Source: Candidatus Poribacteria bacterium (GTDB taxonomy: Bacteria; Poribacteria; WGA-4E; WGA-3G). From it: 64,000 nt of DNA. Shown here piece after piece: positions 40,755 through 50,989 of this stretch. The position numbers and the translations under genes are program-made. Under the pieces are notes generated by a model. The model had not been told where the DNA came from. It made no database searches and saw only the letters and a list, made by a program, of their open reading frames with translations. Within the stretch, counting starts at the first letter, position 1. Every line of letters begins with the position of its first letter. The stretch covers positions 3,360,001 through 3,424,000 of the forward strand of contig OZ244048.1 of NCBI GenBank assembly GCA_965215265.1, read 5' to 3'.

Positions 40755-40934
40755 AGATAGATTAAGCGTCTTCTGGATGAGAATAGAGGCTGGATGCAGT
40801 GTCTCGGTTATTTCCAGCCAAAATGGTTCTGGCGAAATGGCTACAGAACAGTTTACACTGCCGAATGTTACACGCCCAGTCCACTTTGATTCGAGCTGCC
40901 GAACACTTTAATCAACAAAAAACGGAGGATTTAT

Positions 40935-42572
40935 ATGCAATCTCCACACGGAATAACTACTGCAGCATTTCGTCCGTCTATCATGGGAAGAAATGGGCTG
41001 GTTACATCCGGACACGTGCTTGCATCCCAAGCTGGGATTCAGTCAATTATGGCAGGCGGCAACGCGGTTGATGCCGCCATTGCAACTGCAGCCGCCCTCG
41101 GCGTTGTTGAACCTGCAGGCTCCGGAGTTGGCGGCGATGGGTTTATTCTGATTTATTGGGCGGAAACAGGACAAGTTACCGCGGTGAATGCAACAGGACC
41201 TGCCCCACGTGCAGCGACGCGAGAAACCTATCTCGAAAATGGAGGCATTCCGATGAAAGGAATGCGAAGCGTCTCTGTGCCCGGGCTCGTTGATGGCTGG
41301 CTTCTCGTGCACGAACGTTACGGGAAACTTCCGTTAGAGACAGTCTTTGAACCCGCTGTTTCTCTCTGCGAAAATGGTTTTCCGATTAGTTACAGGCTCG
41401 CTAGTGGACTCCGAGGTGAGCACGAGCGTTTTGCCTCTGACCCACACACGCGGGCTGTCTTCACAAATGACGGTCAACCGATTGCCCCGGGCGAGTTTAT
41501 CCGGAACCCAAACCTCGGGACAACTCTCCGAACAATCGCCAAGGGAGGACGCAACGAATTCTATGAAGGAGAAATTGCTAAAACTATCGGCGAATTTAGT
41601 AGCGAATACGGTGGACTTTTGACTGCGGATGACCTCGGCAATTACCACGCTCATTGGGCTGAGCCGATACATGTCAATTATCGAGGCTACGAAGTTTACG
41701 AAATGCCGCCCAATTCAAGCGGGCATATTTTGCTGCAGGAACTGAACATTGTTGAACGTTTTGATATGCAAAGCCTCGGATGCAATACCACTGAAAGTGT
41801 GCATTTGATGGTTGAAGCCAAAAAACTGTGCTTTGCTGATAGGGAAAAATACATGGCGGATCCGGACTGGATAGATATTCCGTTAGAAGGTATGTTGTCC
41901 AAAATCTATGCTGCTGAGCAGACTGAACGTATTAACTGGCATAAGGCAGCCATAGATGTACCGGCTGGGGGCCCGGAATCACATGGAGATACCACCTGTT
42001 TCTGTACTGCAGATAGGACAGGTAACTTGGTTTGTGTGTTACAGAGCATTCAATCCGGATTCGGTTCCAGTTTAATCGCCGGCGATACGGGCATTCTCCT
42101 TAACAATCGGATGACTTATTGGCATTTAGAAGAGAATCACCCCAACTGCCTGATGCCGGGTAAACGCGTCCGCCACACGATGAATCCCGTCATTGTCACA
42201 AAAGCGGGAAGGCCGTTTTTAGCATGTGGTACCCCTGGTGCCGACACACAGGTGCAGACCAATTTGCAGCTTTTAACGCATCTGCTTGATTTCGGGATGA
42301 CACCACAAGAGGCAGTGTCTGCCCCGCGCTGGCGGAGTTTGCAAAACCCGATGGAATCCACTATTCCACATGTCTGCTCTAACCATCTCCAGTTGGAGGG
42401 GCGCTTTCCGGTAGATGTGCAGGCAGGTTTAGCACAAAGGGGGCATGAACTCCAGATGCTTGGGGATTGGAGTGGTCCAGGCAGCGCGCAGGTTATCATG
42501 GTGCATCCGGAGTCCGGCGCGCTCATCGGTGGGTCAGACCCGAGAACCGATGGGTATGCTGTCACCTTTTAG
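40935..42572 (+). CDS. ggt: Gamma-glutamyltransferase family protein
   Basis: GGNAVDAAIA, GVGGDGF, SVSVPG, nucleophile GDTT, PGKRVRHTM, GTPGAD, GSDPR. Confidence 0.92.
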   Translation: MQSPHGITTAAFRPSIMGRNGLVTSGHVLASQAGIQSIMAGGNAVDAAIATAAALGVVEPAGSGVGGDGFILIYWAETGQVTAVNATGPAPRAATRETYLENGGIPMKGMRSVSVPGLVDGWLLVHERYGKLPLETVFEPAVSLCENGFPISYRLASGLRGEHERFASDPHTRAVFTNDGQPIAPGEFIRNPNLGTTLRTIAKGGRNEFYEGEIAKTIGEFSSEYGGLLTADDLGNYHAHWAEPIHVNYRGYEVYEMPPNSSGHILLQELNIVERFDMQSLGCNTTESVHLMVEAKKLCFADREKYMADPDWIDIPLEGMLSKIYAAEQTERINWHKAAIDVPAGGPESHGDTTCFCTADRTGNLVCVLQSIQSGFGSSLIAGDTGILLNNRMTYWHLEENHPNCLMPGKRVRHTMNPVIVTKAGRPFLACGTPGADTQVQTNLQLLTHLLDFGMTPQEAVSAPRWRSLQNPMESTIPHVCSNHLQLEGRFPVDVQAGLAQRGHELQMLGDWSGPGSAQVIMVHPESGALIGGSDPRTDGYAVTF

Positions 42573-42584
42573 AGGAGGTCGCGA

Positions 42585-43637
42585 ATGAAAATCTTAGTGA
42601 CAGGTGGTACAGGCCGCATCGGGGCGAATCTTGTCAAAAAATTATTAGAAAAAGGACATCATATCCGGAGTTTCGTTTATCCGGCTGATGCCAACCGGAT
42701 TAACCGCTTAGATGCGTATCAAGGTGTCGAAACCGTACTCGGCGACCTTCGCGAATATGAAGATGTAAAAAGAGCTGTTGACGGTGTTGATGCCATCTAT
42801 CATATTGCCGCTGCATTCGGTGGCCCGTTTAATAATAGACAGTATTTGGCTATCAACGGCATGGGGACGCTTAACATCTTAGAATGTATTCGTGAGATTA
42901 ATCCTAGCATCCAACGGCTCATCTATGCGTGTACCGAAGCCATTTATTGGGAATTGAGTGCAAAAGGCAGGCTTTTCAATGAGCCGATTACAGAAGATAT
43001 GGTAGCAAAATACCATGCTATGCCCTACTTCCTCACAAAATGGATCGGCGAGGAGTTGTGTATGGCGTATTACCATCAATACGGTGTACCTACTACGGTA
43101 TTCCGGTTCACAACGGTGATTGAGCCAAGCGAGTTCCTCAATGAAGCCGGTTTGCCTCGGCAGTTCATCTTCAGTCCTATCTATAACCGATACAAGGCTT
43201 ACACAGGAGATAATCCGGTAGAACAAGCGACTGCAAAAACTGTGCAATCTCTATGGGACGGTCAAGAGAAATTTATCCTCAAACGCAACCCCGATGGCCG
43301 CGCGTATAAGGAGCATTTTACTGATGTGCGAGATATCGTTCAAGGGTTAGTGCTTGGGCTTGAAAAAGATGCAGCAATCGGGGAAGAGTTTACCCTCGGT
43401 GGAAAGGGGCTCTTCAGATTTGAAGAAATTATTCCATATTTGTGTGAACGGTATAATATGGATTTTGTTGATGTCAAACTCCCAAATACCAACTATTTTG
43501 AGTTTGACCTCCACAAAATCAAGACGCTGTTGGATTATGAACCGAAACATGATTTAGCGAGCATTCTGGATGCCGCTGAAGCGATGCAGCGCGGTGAAAA
43601 TGTCGATATTATTCCGACAGGTATCCGGTGGAGTTAA
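42585..43637 (+). CDS. NAD-dependent epimerase/dehydratase
   Basis: ILVTGGTGRIG, YFLTK (YxxxK). Confidence 0.9.
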   Translation: MKILVTGGTGRIGANLVKKLLEKGHHIRSFVYPADANRINRLDAYQGVETVLGDLREYEDVKRAVDGVDAIYHIAAAFGGPFNNRQYLAINGMGTLNILECIREINPSIQRLIYACTEAIYWELSAKGRLFNEPITEDMVAKYHAMPYFLTKWIGEELCMAYYHQYGVPTTVFRFTTVIEPSEFLNEAGLPRQFIFSPIYNRYKAYTGDNPVEQATAKTVQSLWDGQEKFILKRNPDGRAYKEHFTDVRDIVQGLVLGLEKDAAIGEEFTLGGKGLFRFEEIIPYLCERYNMDFVDVKLPNTNYFEFDLHKIKTLLDYEPKHDLASILDAAEAMQRGENVDIIPTGIRWS

Positions 43638-43725
43638 CCGCGACTGCACTGTGTCTGGTACACTTTGACCTTAGAATCGACTGTAATTTGGACTGTCCTC
43701 TGTTTTTTGTTTATGTGAATTTTAT

Positions 43726-43755
43726 TTGACATCTTGTCAAAAAATAGGTTACACT
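43726..43755 (+). promoter_or_regulatory. Sigma70-type promoter with palindromic -35 (TTGACA-TCT-TGTCAA)
   Basis: TTGACA-18 bp-TACACT; the inverted repeat overlaps -35. Confidence 0.5.
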
Positions 43756-43814
43756 ATCAAGAAATGGGTTCAACCCTATCTGTATAATGTATATAATGAG
43801 GAGGTCGATCCGTC

Positions 43815-45425
43815 ATGAAAATAGCATTCGGCATACATGCTAGCCGTTGGCTTATCTTAGTCGCCTTCGCTTTTTTGACGTTAAATTGCACAAAAATTAC
43901 CTCTACGCCAATAGGACATGTCTCTTCAAGTACCAAGCATCTTGACCGGCATATTAATACCGTTCTAAAACAGCAAGGACTTCAGCCATCTAAACAGTCT
44001 AAAGATGCAGAATTTCTGCGTCGTGTCCATTTAGATATGACCGGAAAGATCCCCACCCCTGAAGAGGTACTGGATTTTCTCAAAGATGGTTCACCAAACA
44101 AACGTTCGAAGAAAATTGAGCAATTGCTTGAGAGTGAATCTTATCTCGACTATTGGAGCAGCTTGTGGGCGAATTGGTTAATTGGGCATCGTGAAGACGG
44201 AGATGAACGGAGTGTCGGATTGAAGCATTGGATTCGAGAATCATTGACTGTCAATATGCCGTACAACCATTTTGTCAAAGAACTGATTTCTGCCGATGGC
44301 CATTTGCAAGATAGTGGAGCGGGAAACTATATTCTCCGTTACGATCGCTCTCCTGTTTTTCTAACTTCACAGACCTCGCGCTTGTTTTTAGGGCTCCCCA
44401 TGCAATGTGCAGAATGTCACGATCACAAGACAGAAGCATGGCGGCAGGAAGATTTCTACGGTATCGCTGCCTTTTTCACCGGCATAGAAAGTCAAGAGAT
44501 GGGGTATATTGATGTCCAAAACATGGAAACCGATCGGATGCGGATGCAGAATTACCTCATTACTAATAAACCTGAAGGGGCTATCTGGGTGGAAAGGTTG
44601 GAGGCATCTGTACCGCCGCGCTTTTTAGATGGTACCGCATACAAAGGCTCCCTGACCAAAAAGCGAGAGGCTCTTGCACAGTGGATAACCGATAAGACAA
44701 ATCCTTATTTTAGCAAGGCACTAGTCAACCGCATCTGGAAACACTTTATAGGCCGTGCGTTTGTAGAACCGCTCGACGGCTTCGGAGAGGAAAAATCACC
44801 GACGAACCCGGAACTTTTAGGGTGGCTCGCGGAGGATTTCGTCATCAGCGGATACGATCTCCAGCATTTAATGCGTACCATCCTCAATTCAGAAACGTAT
44901 CAACGCACTTCGGAGACAAATAAAAACAACAAGGACGATGAGCGCTATTACTCGCACGCGTATGTGAAGCCGCTGAGCGCAGAACAGTTCTTCCTTTCTA
45001 TGCTGCAAGCGACTGGGTTTGAACGGCTTCAAAAGCGGCGGGACCGTGGAAAACTTGAAGAAATGAAACGGCAGCACCTTAAACGGTTCCTCTTTTTGCT
45101 TGACAACGGAGAAATGGAAGAGATTGAAGCGTTCAACGGAACTATCCCACAAGCTCTTATGATGATTAATGGAGCTATGGTTAACGATAGTGCAAACCAT
45201 GAGCAACACGGCAGCTTTATTCACTATGTACTGGAAAAATGGCGTGAACCCATAGAGCGACTGGAGTATATCTACCTCACTGTGTTATCCCGTCTTCCTA
45301 CCAGTAAAGAAAAAACATATTTCCAACGTTACTTAGAACGTAGTCTCTATCGGGACAAAGACCTGGCTTACGAAGACCTCTATTGGGTTTTGTTAAATTC
45401 TGCTGAATTTTCACTCAATCATTAG
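43815..45425 (+). CDS. DUF1549/DUF1553 (PSCyt2/PSD1) domain protein with a heme c motif
   Basis: EFLRRVHLDMTG..P, FLG..MQCAECHDH, NRIWKHFIGR..VEP.D, QALMMING, WVLLNSAEF. Confidence 0.9.
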   Translation: MKIAFGIHASRWLILVAFAFLTLNCTKITSTPIGHVSSSTKHLDRHINTVLKQQGLQPSKQSKDAEFLRRVHLDMTGKIPTPEEVLDFLKDGSPNKRSKKIEQLLESESYLDYWSSLWANWLIGHREDGDERSVGLKHWIRESLTVNMPYNHFVKELISADGHLQDSGAGNYILRYDRSPVFLTSQTSRLFLGLPMQCAECHDHKTEAWRQEDFYGIAAFFTGIESQEMGYIDVQNMETDRMRMQNYLITNKPEGAIWVERLEASVPPRFLDGTAYKGSLTKKREALAQWITDKTNPYFSKALVNRIWKHFIGRAFVEPLDGFGEEKSPTNPELLGWLAEDFVISGYDLQHLMRTILNSETYQRTSETNKNNKDDERYYSHAYVKPLSAEQFFLSMLQATGFERLQKRRDRGKLEEMKRQHLKRFLFLLDNGEMEEIEAFNGTIPQALMMINGAMVNDSANHEQHGSFIHYVLEKWREPIERLEYIYLTVLSRLPTSKEKTYFQRYLERSLYRDKDLAYEDLYWVLLNSAEFSLNH

Positions 45426-45499
45426 CATTTAATGGAAAGTCTGATATTATGAAAGGCAGAAGGTACATGCATGTCTTCCGCCTAAAGGAGAATTAATCA

Positions 45500-46222
45500 A
45501 TGAAAAAACGTAACGTGTTCAGTGTTATCTGTGGTATCACTATTGGCCTCGCGGCAGTAGCGATGGCACAAACCTATTTTGAGGATAATTTTGACGACGC
45601 GAAGGCATCGGAACAGAAATGGGTCGCTCTCTTCGGAGAATGGGAATTCCAAAGCGATGAATACCATCAACTCCAAAATACGCCTAACTGTATGAGTGTC
45701 GTTGCGGACGAATTTTGGGATGATGCTTGGAATGAATATACCTTTGAGGTACGGGGCAATAAAATGAGTGGAGCCGAAGGATTCTTAATCATGTTTCGGT
45801 GCCAAGGCATGATGCAAGCCCGGGGACAAGCATTGGAAGACCACCCGCCGCGTATGGAGAAACTCAAACCCTCCTTAGAGTACTGGTGGAATCTCGGTGG
45901 TTGGGGCAATACCCGTTCTCAGGTAGAGTCGTGGGGTGGAAAAGCCGGTGCAAACAGTAACCACACCATTGACGAAGAAGAATGGTACAACATCAAGATT
46001 GTCAACACAGCCGACAGTTACACCGTCATCCTCAATGATGAAGAGGTTGCGAAAGTTGACGATGACACCGAAAACGGGGTAGGGCGAATCGGCCTCGCGA
46101 CTTGGAGCACTGTTGCAAAGTATGATGACGTGGTCGTTTACGGCCCTGATGGTCCCTCGTTACCAGTCGATGCGAAAAGCAAACTGGCAACGATGTGGGG
46201 GCATCTCAAATCAGTTCAGTAA
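45500..46222 (+). CDS. Secreted beta-sandwich (LamG/DUF1080-like) protein with C-terminal KLATMWGHLK tail
   Basis: Signal peptide AMA/Q; FEDNFDD, WYNIKI, GRIGL, YDDVVV; tail PVDAKSKLATMWGHLK. Confidence 0.7.
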   Translation: MKKRNVFSVICGITIGLAAVAMAQTYFEDNFDDAKASEQKWVALFGEWEFQSDEYHQLQNTPNCMSVVADEFWDDAWNEYTFEVRGNKMSGAEGFLIMFRCQGMMQARGQALEDHPPRMEKLKPSLEYWWNLGGWGNTRSQVESWGGKAGANSNHTIDEEEWYNIKIVNTADSYTVILNDEEVAKVDDDTENGVGRIGLATWSTVAKYDDVVVYGPDGPSLPVDAKSKLATMWGHLKSVQ

Positions 46223-46334
46223 AGTATTTCTCTAAAAGGTGGGAAGGTGTAGAGAATCCGCATTGCGGAGATGCTATGCCCTCTCACTTTTTTCGTTTAA
46301 ACCGACTTCAGCATAGCATGAGTTTACTTGGAGC

Positions 46335-47105
46335 TCAAAACAGTTGCGGTAGTTCCGAAACAGTATCAAGCATCCAGGTCGCTGTGGCGGGGGGGTTATC
46401 TAAGTGCTCGGTTTTAAACTTTCCAGTCTTTACCAATACGCTTCTCATCCCCATCCGCTGTGCGCCAACTATGTCAGATGTGATGTCATCGCCAACTACA
46501 ATCACATCGCTGGCCGGAAGTTGCAAATCAGTTAGCACGATTTTGAAAAACAGCTCGCTTGGCTTGCCCATGATTTTGGAAGTTTTCCCTGAAGCATATT
46601 CCAGCAGGGCGACGAACGCTCCACAATCCAACCGCATCCCGTCAGGCGAAAACCAATAAGGTGATTTCTGGAGTGCGATAAGTTCGGCACCACCCATTAA
46701 CAGCTGAAAAGCGTGATTTAAGGAATCAAAGTCAAACTTAGGGCCATAGTCGCCCACAATCACGAAATCGGGAGATTTATCCACCGTGTGTATCTCTCTA
46801 AAAACCGTTTTGACTGCATCATCTACTAGGAAGTGGCAGCTCGCCTGAGGCTGTGAGCGAAGATAGAGGAGACACGCATAGGTAGCGTTGAAAATTTCAT
46901 TTTCCTGCACGTCAAAACCGAGATTTTGCAGCTGCGCATGAAGCATCTTTGGTGTCTTAGCGGTTGTATTTGTGAGAAATCGGAGTTGATATTTCTGCTC
47001 ACGCAAATAATCTACGGATTCAATGGCACCGAGGTACGGTTCACCTTTAAAATAGAGCGTTCCATCGAGGTCTATTAAAAACGCCTGAGGTCTGGTTATG
47101 GGCAT
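46335..47105 (-). CDS. HAD-IIA family hydrolase (LHPP/TIGR01458-like)
   Basis: DLDGTL, LTNTT, GKPS, VGDDITSDI, VKTGK. Confidence 0.9.
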   Translation of the reverse strand: MPITRPQAFLIDLDGTLYFKGEPYLGAIESVDYLREQKYQLRFLTNTTAKTPKMLHAQLQNLGFDVQENEIFNATYACLLYLRSQPQASCHFLVDDAVKTVFREIHTVDKSPDFVIVGDYGPKFDFDSLNHAFQLLMGGAELIALQKSPYWFSPDGMRLDCGAFVALLEYASGKTSKIMGKPSELFFKIVLTDLQLPASDVIVVGDDITSDIVGAQRMGMRSVLVKTGKFKTEHLDNPPATATWMLDTVSELPQLF

Positions 47106-47114
47106 ACCTTCTCC

Positions 47115-48179
47115 TTACTGCAAAACACTCGTGTCATTGGGACTGAGTACTGGATGCGGGCTCAGGTTGTAGTCACCATCAAGCGAAATATCGTCAAGTT
47201 TGATGATATTTCCTGATACTGCAGATTGGTGCATGGCGAAAACGGTTTGAACAAGGTGCAGATTACTGTGCCCATCTGTAATTGGGCGTTGTCCTGTTAG
47301 CAAGCAGTCGAGAAAGTGTGCCATCGTGTTGCCAAAAGCATCTGGAAACCATGTACCGTCTATCACCGGCTTAAATTCGTTCGTCTCTGGCTCGGTAAGG
47401 TGAACCGTCAGGTCTTCACTGTTTCCGTAGATAGCCCCTTTGGTGCCTTGGATTCGAATCTCTTCATGCGGATGCTGGAGATTACGCCCCGAATTGACAA
47501 GAAATGCCCAATTGCATGAGAGGAGCCCTTGGATGCCACACCGGCTTGTAAAAAGCGCGACAGCGAGTGCTTCGCCTTCATCAATTCTGCTATCGTGTCC
47601 GTGTGCTTGGCAGTAAACGCTTTCATATTCGCCGAACCATTTGTGGATGAGCGCGATGTGATGTATCTGCATTGCAGGAATCAGATGCCGTTCCGGGAAA
47701 GTCGTGTAAAACCCGTTGCAGGTGATAGAGACGTGATAAATTTCGCCGAGCCGTTCGGTGTTAATGTAGGGTTCGATGGCGAGGAAGCCGGGGACAAAGC
47801 AAGAATTTTGATTCACCATAAGTTGCACGCCGTGTTGCTCACAAATTTCCACCATCTCTACTGCTTGGTGCATCGTCATGGAAAACGGTTTTTGGCAGAG
47901 GATATGTTTTCCCGCTTGAGCGGCCGCCTTGACAATAGGTGAGCGAATCCACGGCTGTACTGCTATGTCAATCACATGAACGTCGGCATCTGCAATTAGG
48001 TCGGCAATACGTGTATATCGCGTCGGGATGTTAAATGTGTCGCCGGTTTGGTTGAGGCGCGCCGCGTCTTCATCACAGATTGCGGCGACGTATAACCCTT
48101 TACGTTGATAACCGAGTAGATGCTGTTGTCCGATACCTAATCCAATTAAACCGATGCCGAGACTTTGTCGTGCTGTCAT
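47115..48179 (-). CDS. Gfo/Idh/MocA family oxidoreductase
   Basis: GLIGLGIG, GKHILCQKP, MVNQN. Confidence 0.87.
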   Translation of the reverse strand: MTARQSLGIGLIGLGIGQQHLLGYQRKGLYVAAICDEDAARLNQTGDTFNIPTRYTRIADLIADADVHVIDIAVQPWIRSPIVKAAAQAGKHILCQKPFSMTMHQAVEMVEICEQHGVQLMVNQNSCFVPGFLAIEPYINTERLGEIYHVSITCNGFYTTFPERHLIPAMQIHHIALIHKWFGEYESVYCQAHGHDSRIDEGEALAVALFTSRCGIQGLLSCNWAFLVNSGRNLQHPHEEIRIQGTKGAIYGNSEDLTVHLTEPETNEFKPVIDGTWFPDAFGNTMAHFLDCLLTGQRPITDGHSNLHLVQTVFAMHQSAVSGNIIKLDDISLDGDYNLSPHPVLSPNDTSVLQ

Positions 48180-48182
48180 GGG

Positions 48183-49445
48183 TTAAATTCCTAATCCTTC
48201 GTCAATTTCGCGCTGATAGGTATTGATGGATTCATCCAACATCTGGTCAAGGGTGACAGTCTGTCCAGTTGCCCCAGATTCAAGTATGGCATAAGAGACA
48301 GCAACAGAACGTGTGCCTTGATAAGCATCAACTTCAACGCTGCGATTTCCGGCAATCGCCTCTGCGAAATCGCCGTACTCAATTGCGATGATTTTCGCAT
48401 CGGTTTGTGGAAAGGGAAATTCATAACGCCAGAGCCGGTCTCCGCCGAAGAGATCTGCTGTTACGGCATCGAGGTGGAAATCTGGAACGAGAGATAGGAG
48501 TCTTTCATCGTTAATGGTATCCTGTCCATCAATATTGAGTGTGATAAGCCTGCCACTTCGGTCTCCGGGCAAAGTCATTGACCCCTTGGAACCGTGAATT
48601 TGCCGCATCCAGCTGCCTTGCCCCCAGGCACCATGGTCTTCGATATATTGAGCGACAATTCCGTTTTTGAAGGTTAACGTTGCGTAAGCGGCATCTTCAG
48701 CGGTGGCTTCAAATTCGGCAGGCATTTTCTGCTGCCATTTTGTGTAGACACCGGCTGGATTGGAGCCGGATTCGCCAGTTCCGGCGGCAGGGTTGTGCCG
48801 AGTAGGTTCATGAAGTCTAGTTTGCGCGTAAACCGTGTCTACTTCGCCGAGTAAATACTCAATCATGTCGGAGTAGTGAACACCCACATCTAGCAGCACC
48901 CCACTCTGGTCTTTTTGATGTCGCCAGACAGAGATGAGCATTCGGTTTGAACCGCCAATTGCGTGGTGAATTAGAAAGCGCGGTTTGCCGATGACTTCTG
49001 CCTGGAGAAGGGCCTTAGCAAGCCGATTAACCGGATCTCGCCTATAGTTCTCGGCAACACTCAGCACAGCCTGTGAGGCATCGGCAGCCCGGCGGATGAG
49101 GTTGCAGGCACGAACGGTAAGCCCCATCGGTTTTTCAACCATGGTGTGCCAGCCGCGTTCAAGGGTTTCAACAGCGACGGTATGATGATACGGCGGGGTT
49201 GTCGTGACATCAACAGCTTCAACGCCAATTTGAGCGAGTTCGTCAAGGGAAGCAGCGACGGTAGGGCGTGCTCCGAAACGTTCTTCGGCTTGAGCAGCTA
49301 AGGATTCGGCATTTGCCCGTACCGGGTCGCATGCTCCTACCAGCGTGAAACGTTCCCATCCGGCGCGATGAAGTTCTGCCAGCCCATACATGTGGCGGTG
49401 CCCCATACCGCCACAACCAACTATTGCCAATCGAATCGCATCCAT
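48183..49445 (-). CDS. Gfo/Idh/MocA family oxidoreductase
   Basis: IVGCGGMG, VEKP, ENYRR, LLDVGVHY.D. Confidence 0.9.
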   Translation of the reverse strand: MDAIRLAIVGCGGMGHRHMYGLAELHRAGWERFTLVGACDPVRANAESLAAQAEERFGARPTVAASLDELAQIGVEAVDVTTTPPYHHTVAVETLERGWHTMVEKPMGLTVRACNLIRRAADASQAVLSVAENYRRDPVNRLAKALLQAEVIGKPRFLIHHAIGGSNRMLISVWRHQKDQSGVLLDVGVHYSDMIEYLLGEVDTVYAQTRLHEPTRHNPAAGTGESGSNPAGVYTKWQQKMPAEFEATAEDAAYATLTFKNGIVAQYIEDHGAWGQGSWMRQIHGSKGSMTLPGDRSGRLITLNIDGQDTINDERLLSLVPDFHLDAVTADLFGGDRLWRYEFPFPQTDAKIIAIEYGDFAEAIAGNRSVEVDAYQGTRSVAVSYAILESGATGQTVTLDQMLDESINTYQREIDEGLGI

Positions 49446-49531
49446 ATTTTAACTCCTATTGAGGGGAGCCGCGGCTCTCCTTCTCTCCCTAAAGTGTACA
49501 AGGTGCCGTTGAAGACCGCAGTGGACTTCAA

Positions 49532-50989
49532 CTACAAAGCGGATTCCAATTTTCTCAAGTCTGATTCCATGAGCGATTTATCATTGACGTAACGCAGGTA
49601 ACGGTTTATTACTTTATCCTTATATCTTTTGCCACTGCTTGGAAGCGGGCCTCCTTCTCTCACTCTACCCGGCCCAACGTTGTAAGCGCCCAGGGCTAAT
49701 TGATAATTACCGTTATATTTTTCGATAAGTTGACTAAAATAGGTTAACCCGGCATGTATATTTTTGTGCGGATTGAAGCGTTCATCGACACGCGGATCCA
49801 AAGTTGGCTTGCGCTTATTTTCATACCTTGGGACTTTAAGGCCTAGTCCTCGTGCAGTATCAGGCATCATCTGCATTAGACCACCGGCTCCAGTCTTTGA
49901 AACCGCGAACGGATTAAAAGAGGATTCAGCATAAATCAACGCGAGCAGGAGTTCCAATTCAATACCGTACTGTTTTGCAATCTGTTCAGACTGATGTGTT
50001 GCAAATTGGTTGCTAACCTTCTTTTGCTCAGGTGCACGTTCTGATGCTGTCAGCGATTGCTGTGGATTTCCGAAGGTGAGCCCAACTGAAATGAGTTGTC
50101 TGTATTCTAAATCTTGCTGGTTTAGATATGTATAGTGAATCTGTGTTCCAAATTGGGAATATGAGAATCCTAAACTCCAGGAATGCGGTTCCACGGAAGG
50201 AAGATTCTCAAAGTTAGAACCTATTCGGGCAGAAAGGTTTTTCAATGAGAATTCCAGTCCTGTGCCAAAACTGCGTGATATAGTATCTGCTCTGCTATGC
50301 CATTGGAGAGAGGGGTGAAGTGCCACCGTCGCACCAAAGGAAAATTGCGGATCAAACGTTTGCAATACCTGCATGTTTTCGTCATAGATGACGACGCCGG
50401 AAATATCGCGAATCCGTATACCCAAGGCGACGTTACGATTGAGTTTCACAACACTGCCAATATCATAATTGGGAGCCCACTGACTACTGACATAGGGTGC
50501 ACGGTTATACCCAAAATTTGCGCCAACTTGTACGTTCCCAAATGCGCGTGCATAAGAGAACAACGCCTGATTGCTTCCGTACTGAAAAGTGCCTATCGGG
50601 TTATTCGGATGTTTCACCAAAAACCGATCTGCGAAATGAAAATCGAGCACGTTGAAACCGAAGGTGCCAATCCGGTTGATAGGGTATGCGAGAGAAACCG
50701 CTCCTTGTGACAAATCGTAGACAAGGTTTGCGGTTTCTAAGGACGCTAATCCGGCGGGATTCCAGAATGCACCTGTTGCATCATCGGCACTGCTAATAAA
50801 CGCGCCACCTAGACCGAGCCCACGTGTGCCAACCTCCGGCCTCAAAGTGAGTAACTCTGATGAATTGCTCTGTTCTGATGATTCGTACGTGAGTACAAAT
50901 AACAAGATGGCGATGAGAAACCATCTTCGTTTACGGAAGGGCGAGGTAGCGAGCGGGATCCTCGCTTTTGCCTTTGTAACGGATTTCAA
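49532..50989 (-). CDS. PorV/FadL-like outer-membrane beta-barrel fused to an SLT lytic transglycosylase
   Basis: GTRGLGLGGAFISSADDATGAFWNPAGL barrel-family N-terminus; C-terminal ESSFNP..VS..GAGGLMQ and AYNVG; the TTG start at 50989 is inferred because it gives a signal-like N-terminus (ORF track extends to 51208). Confidence 0.75.
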   Translation of the reverse strand: MKSVTKAKARIPLATSPFRKRRWFLIAILLFVLTYESSEQSNSSELLTLRPEVGTRGLGLGGAFISSADDATGAFWNPAGLASLETANLVYDLSQGAVSLAYPINRIGTFGFNVLDFHFADRFLVKHPNNPIGTFQYGSNQALFSYARAFGNVQVGANFGYNRAPYVSSQWAPNYDIGSVVKLNRNVALGIRIRDISGVVIYDENMQVLQTFDPQFSFGATVALHPSLQWHSRADTISRSFGTGLEFSLKNLSARIGSNFENLPSVEPHSWSLGFSYSQFGTQIHYTYLNQQDLEYRQLISVGLTFGNPQQSLTASERAPEQKKVSNQFATHQSEQIAKQYGIELELLLALIYAESSFNPFAVSKTGAGGLMQMMPDTARGLGLKVPRYENKRKPTLDPRVDERFNPHKNIHAGLTYFSQLIEKYNGNYQLALGAYNVGPGRVREGGPLPSSGKRYKDKVINRYLRYVNDKSLMESDLRKLESAL

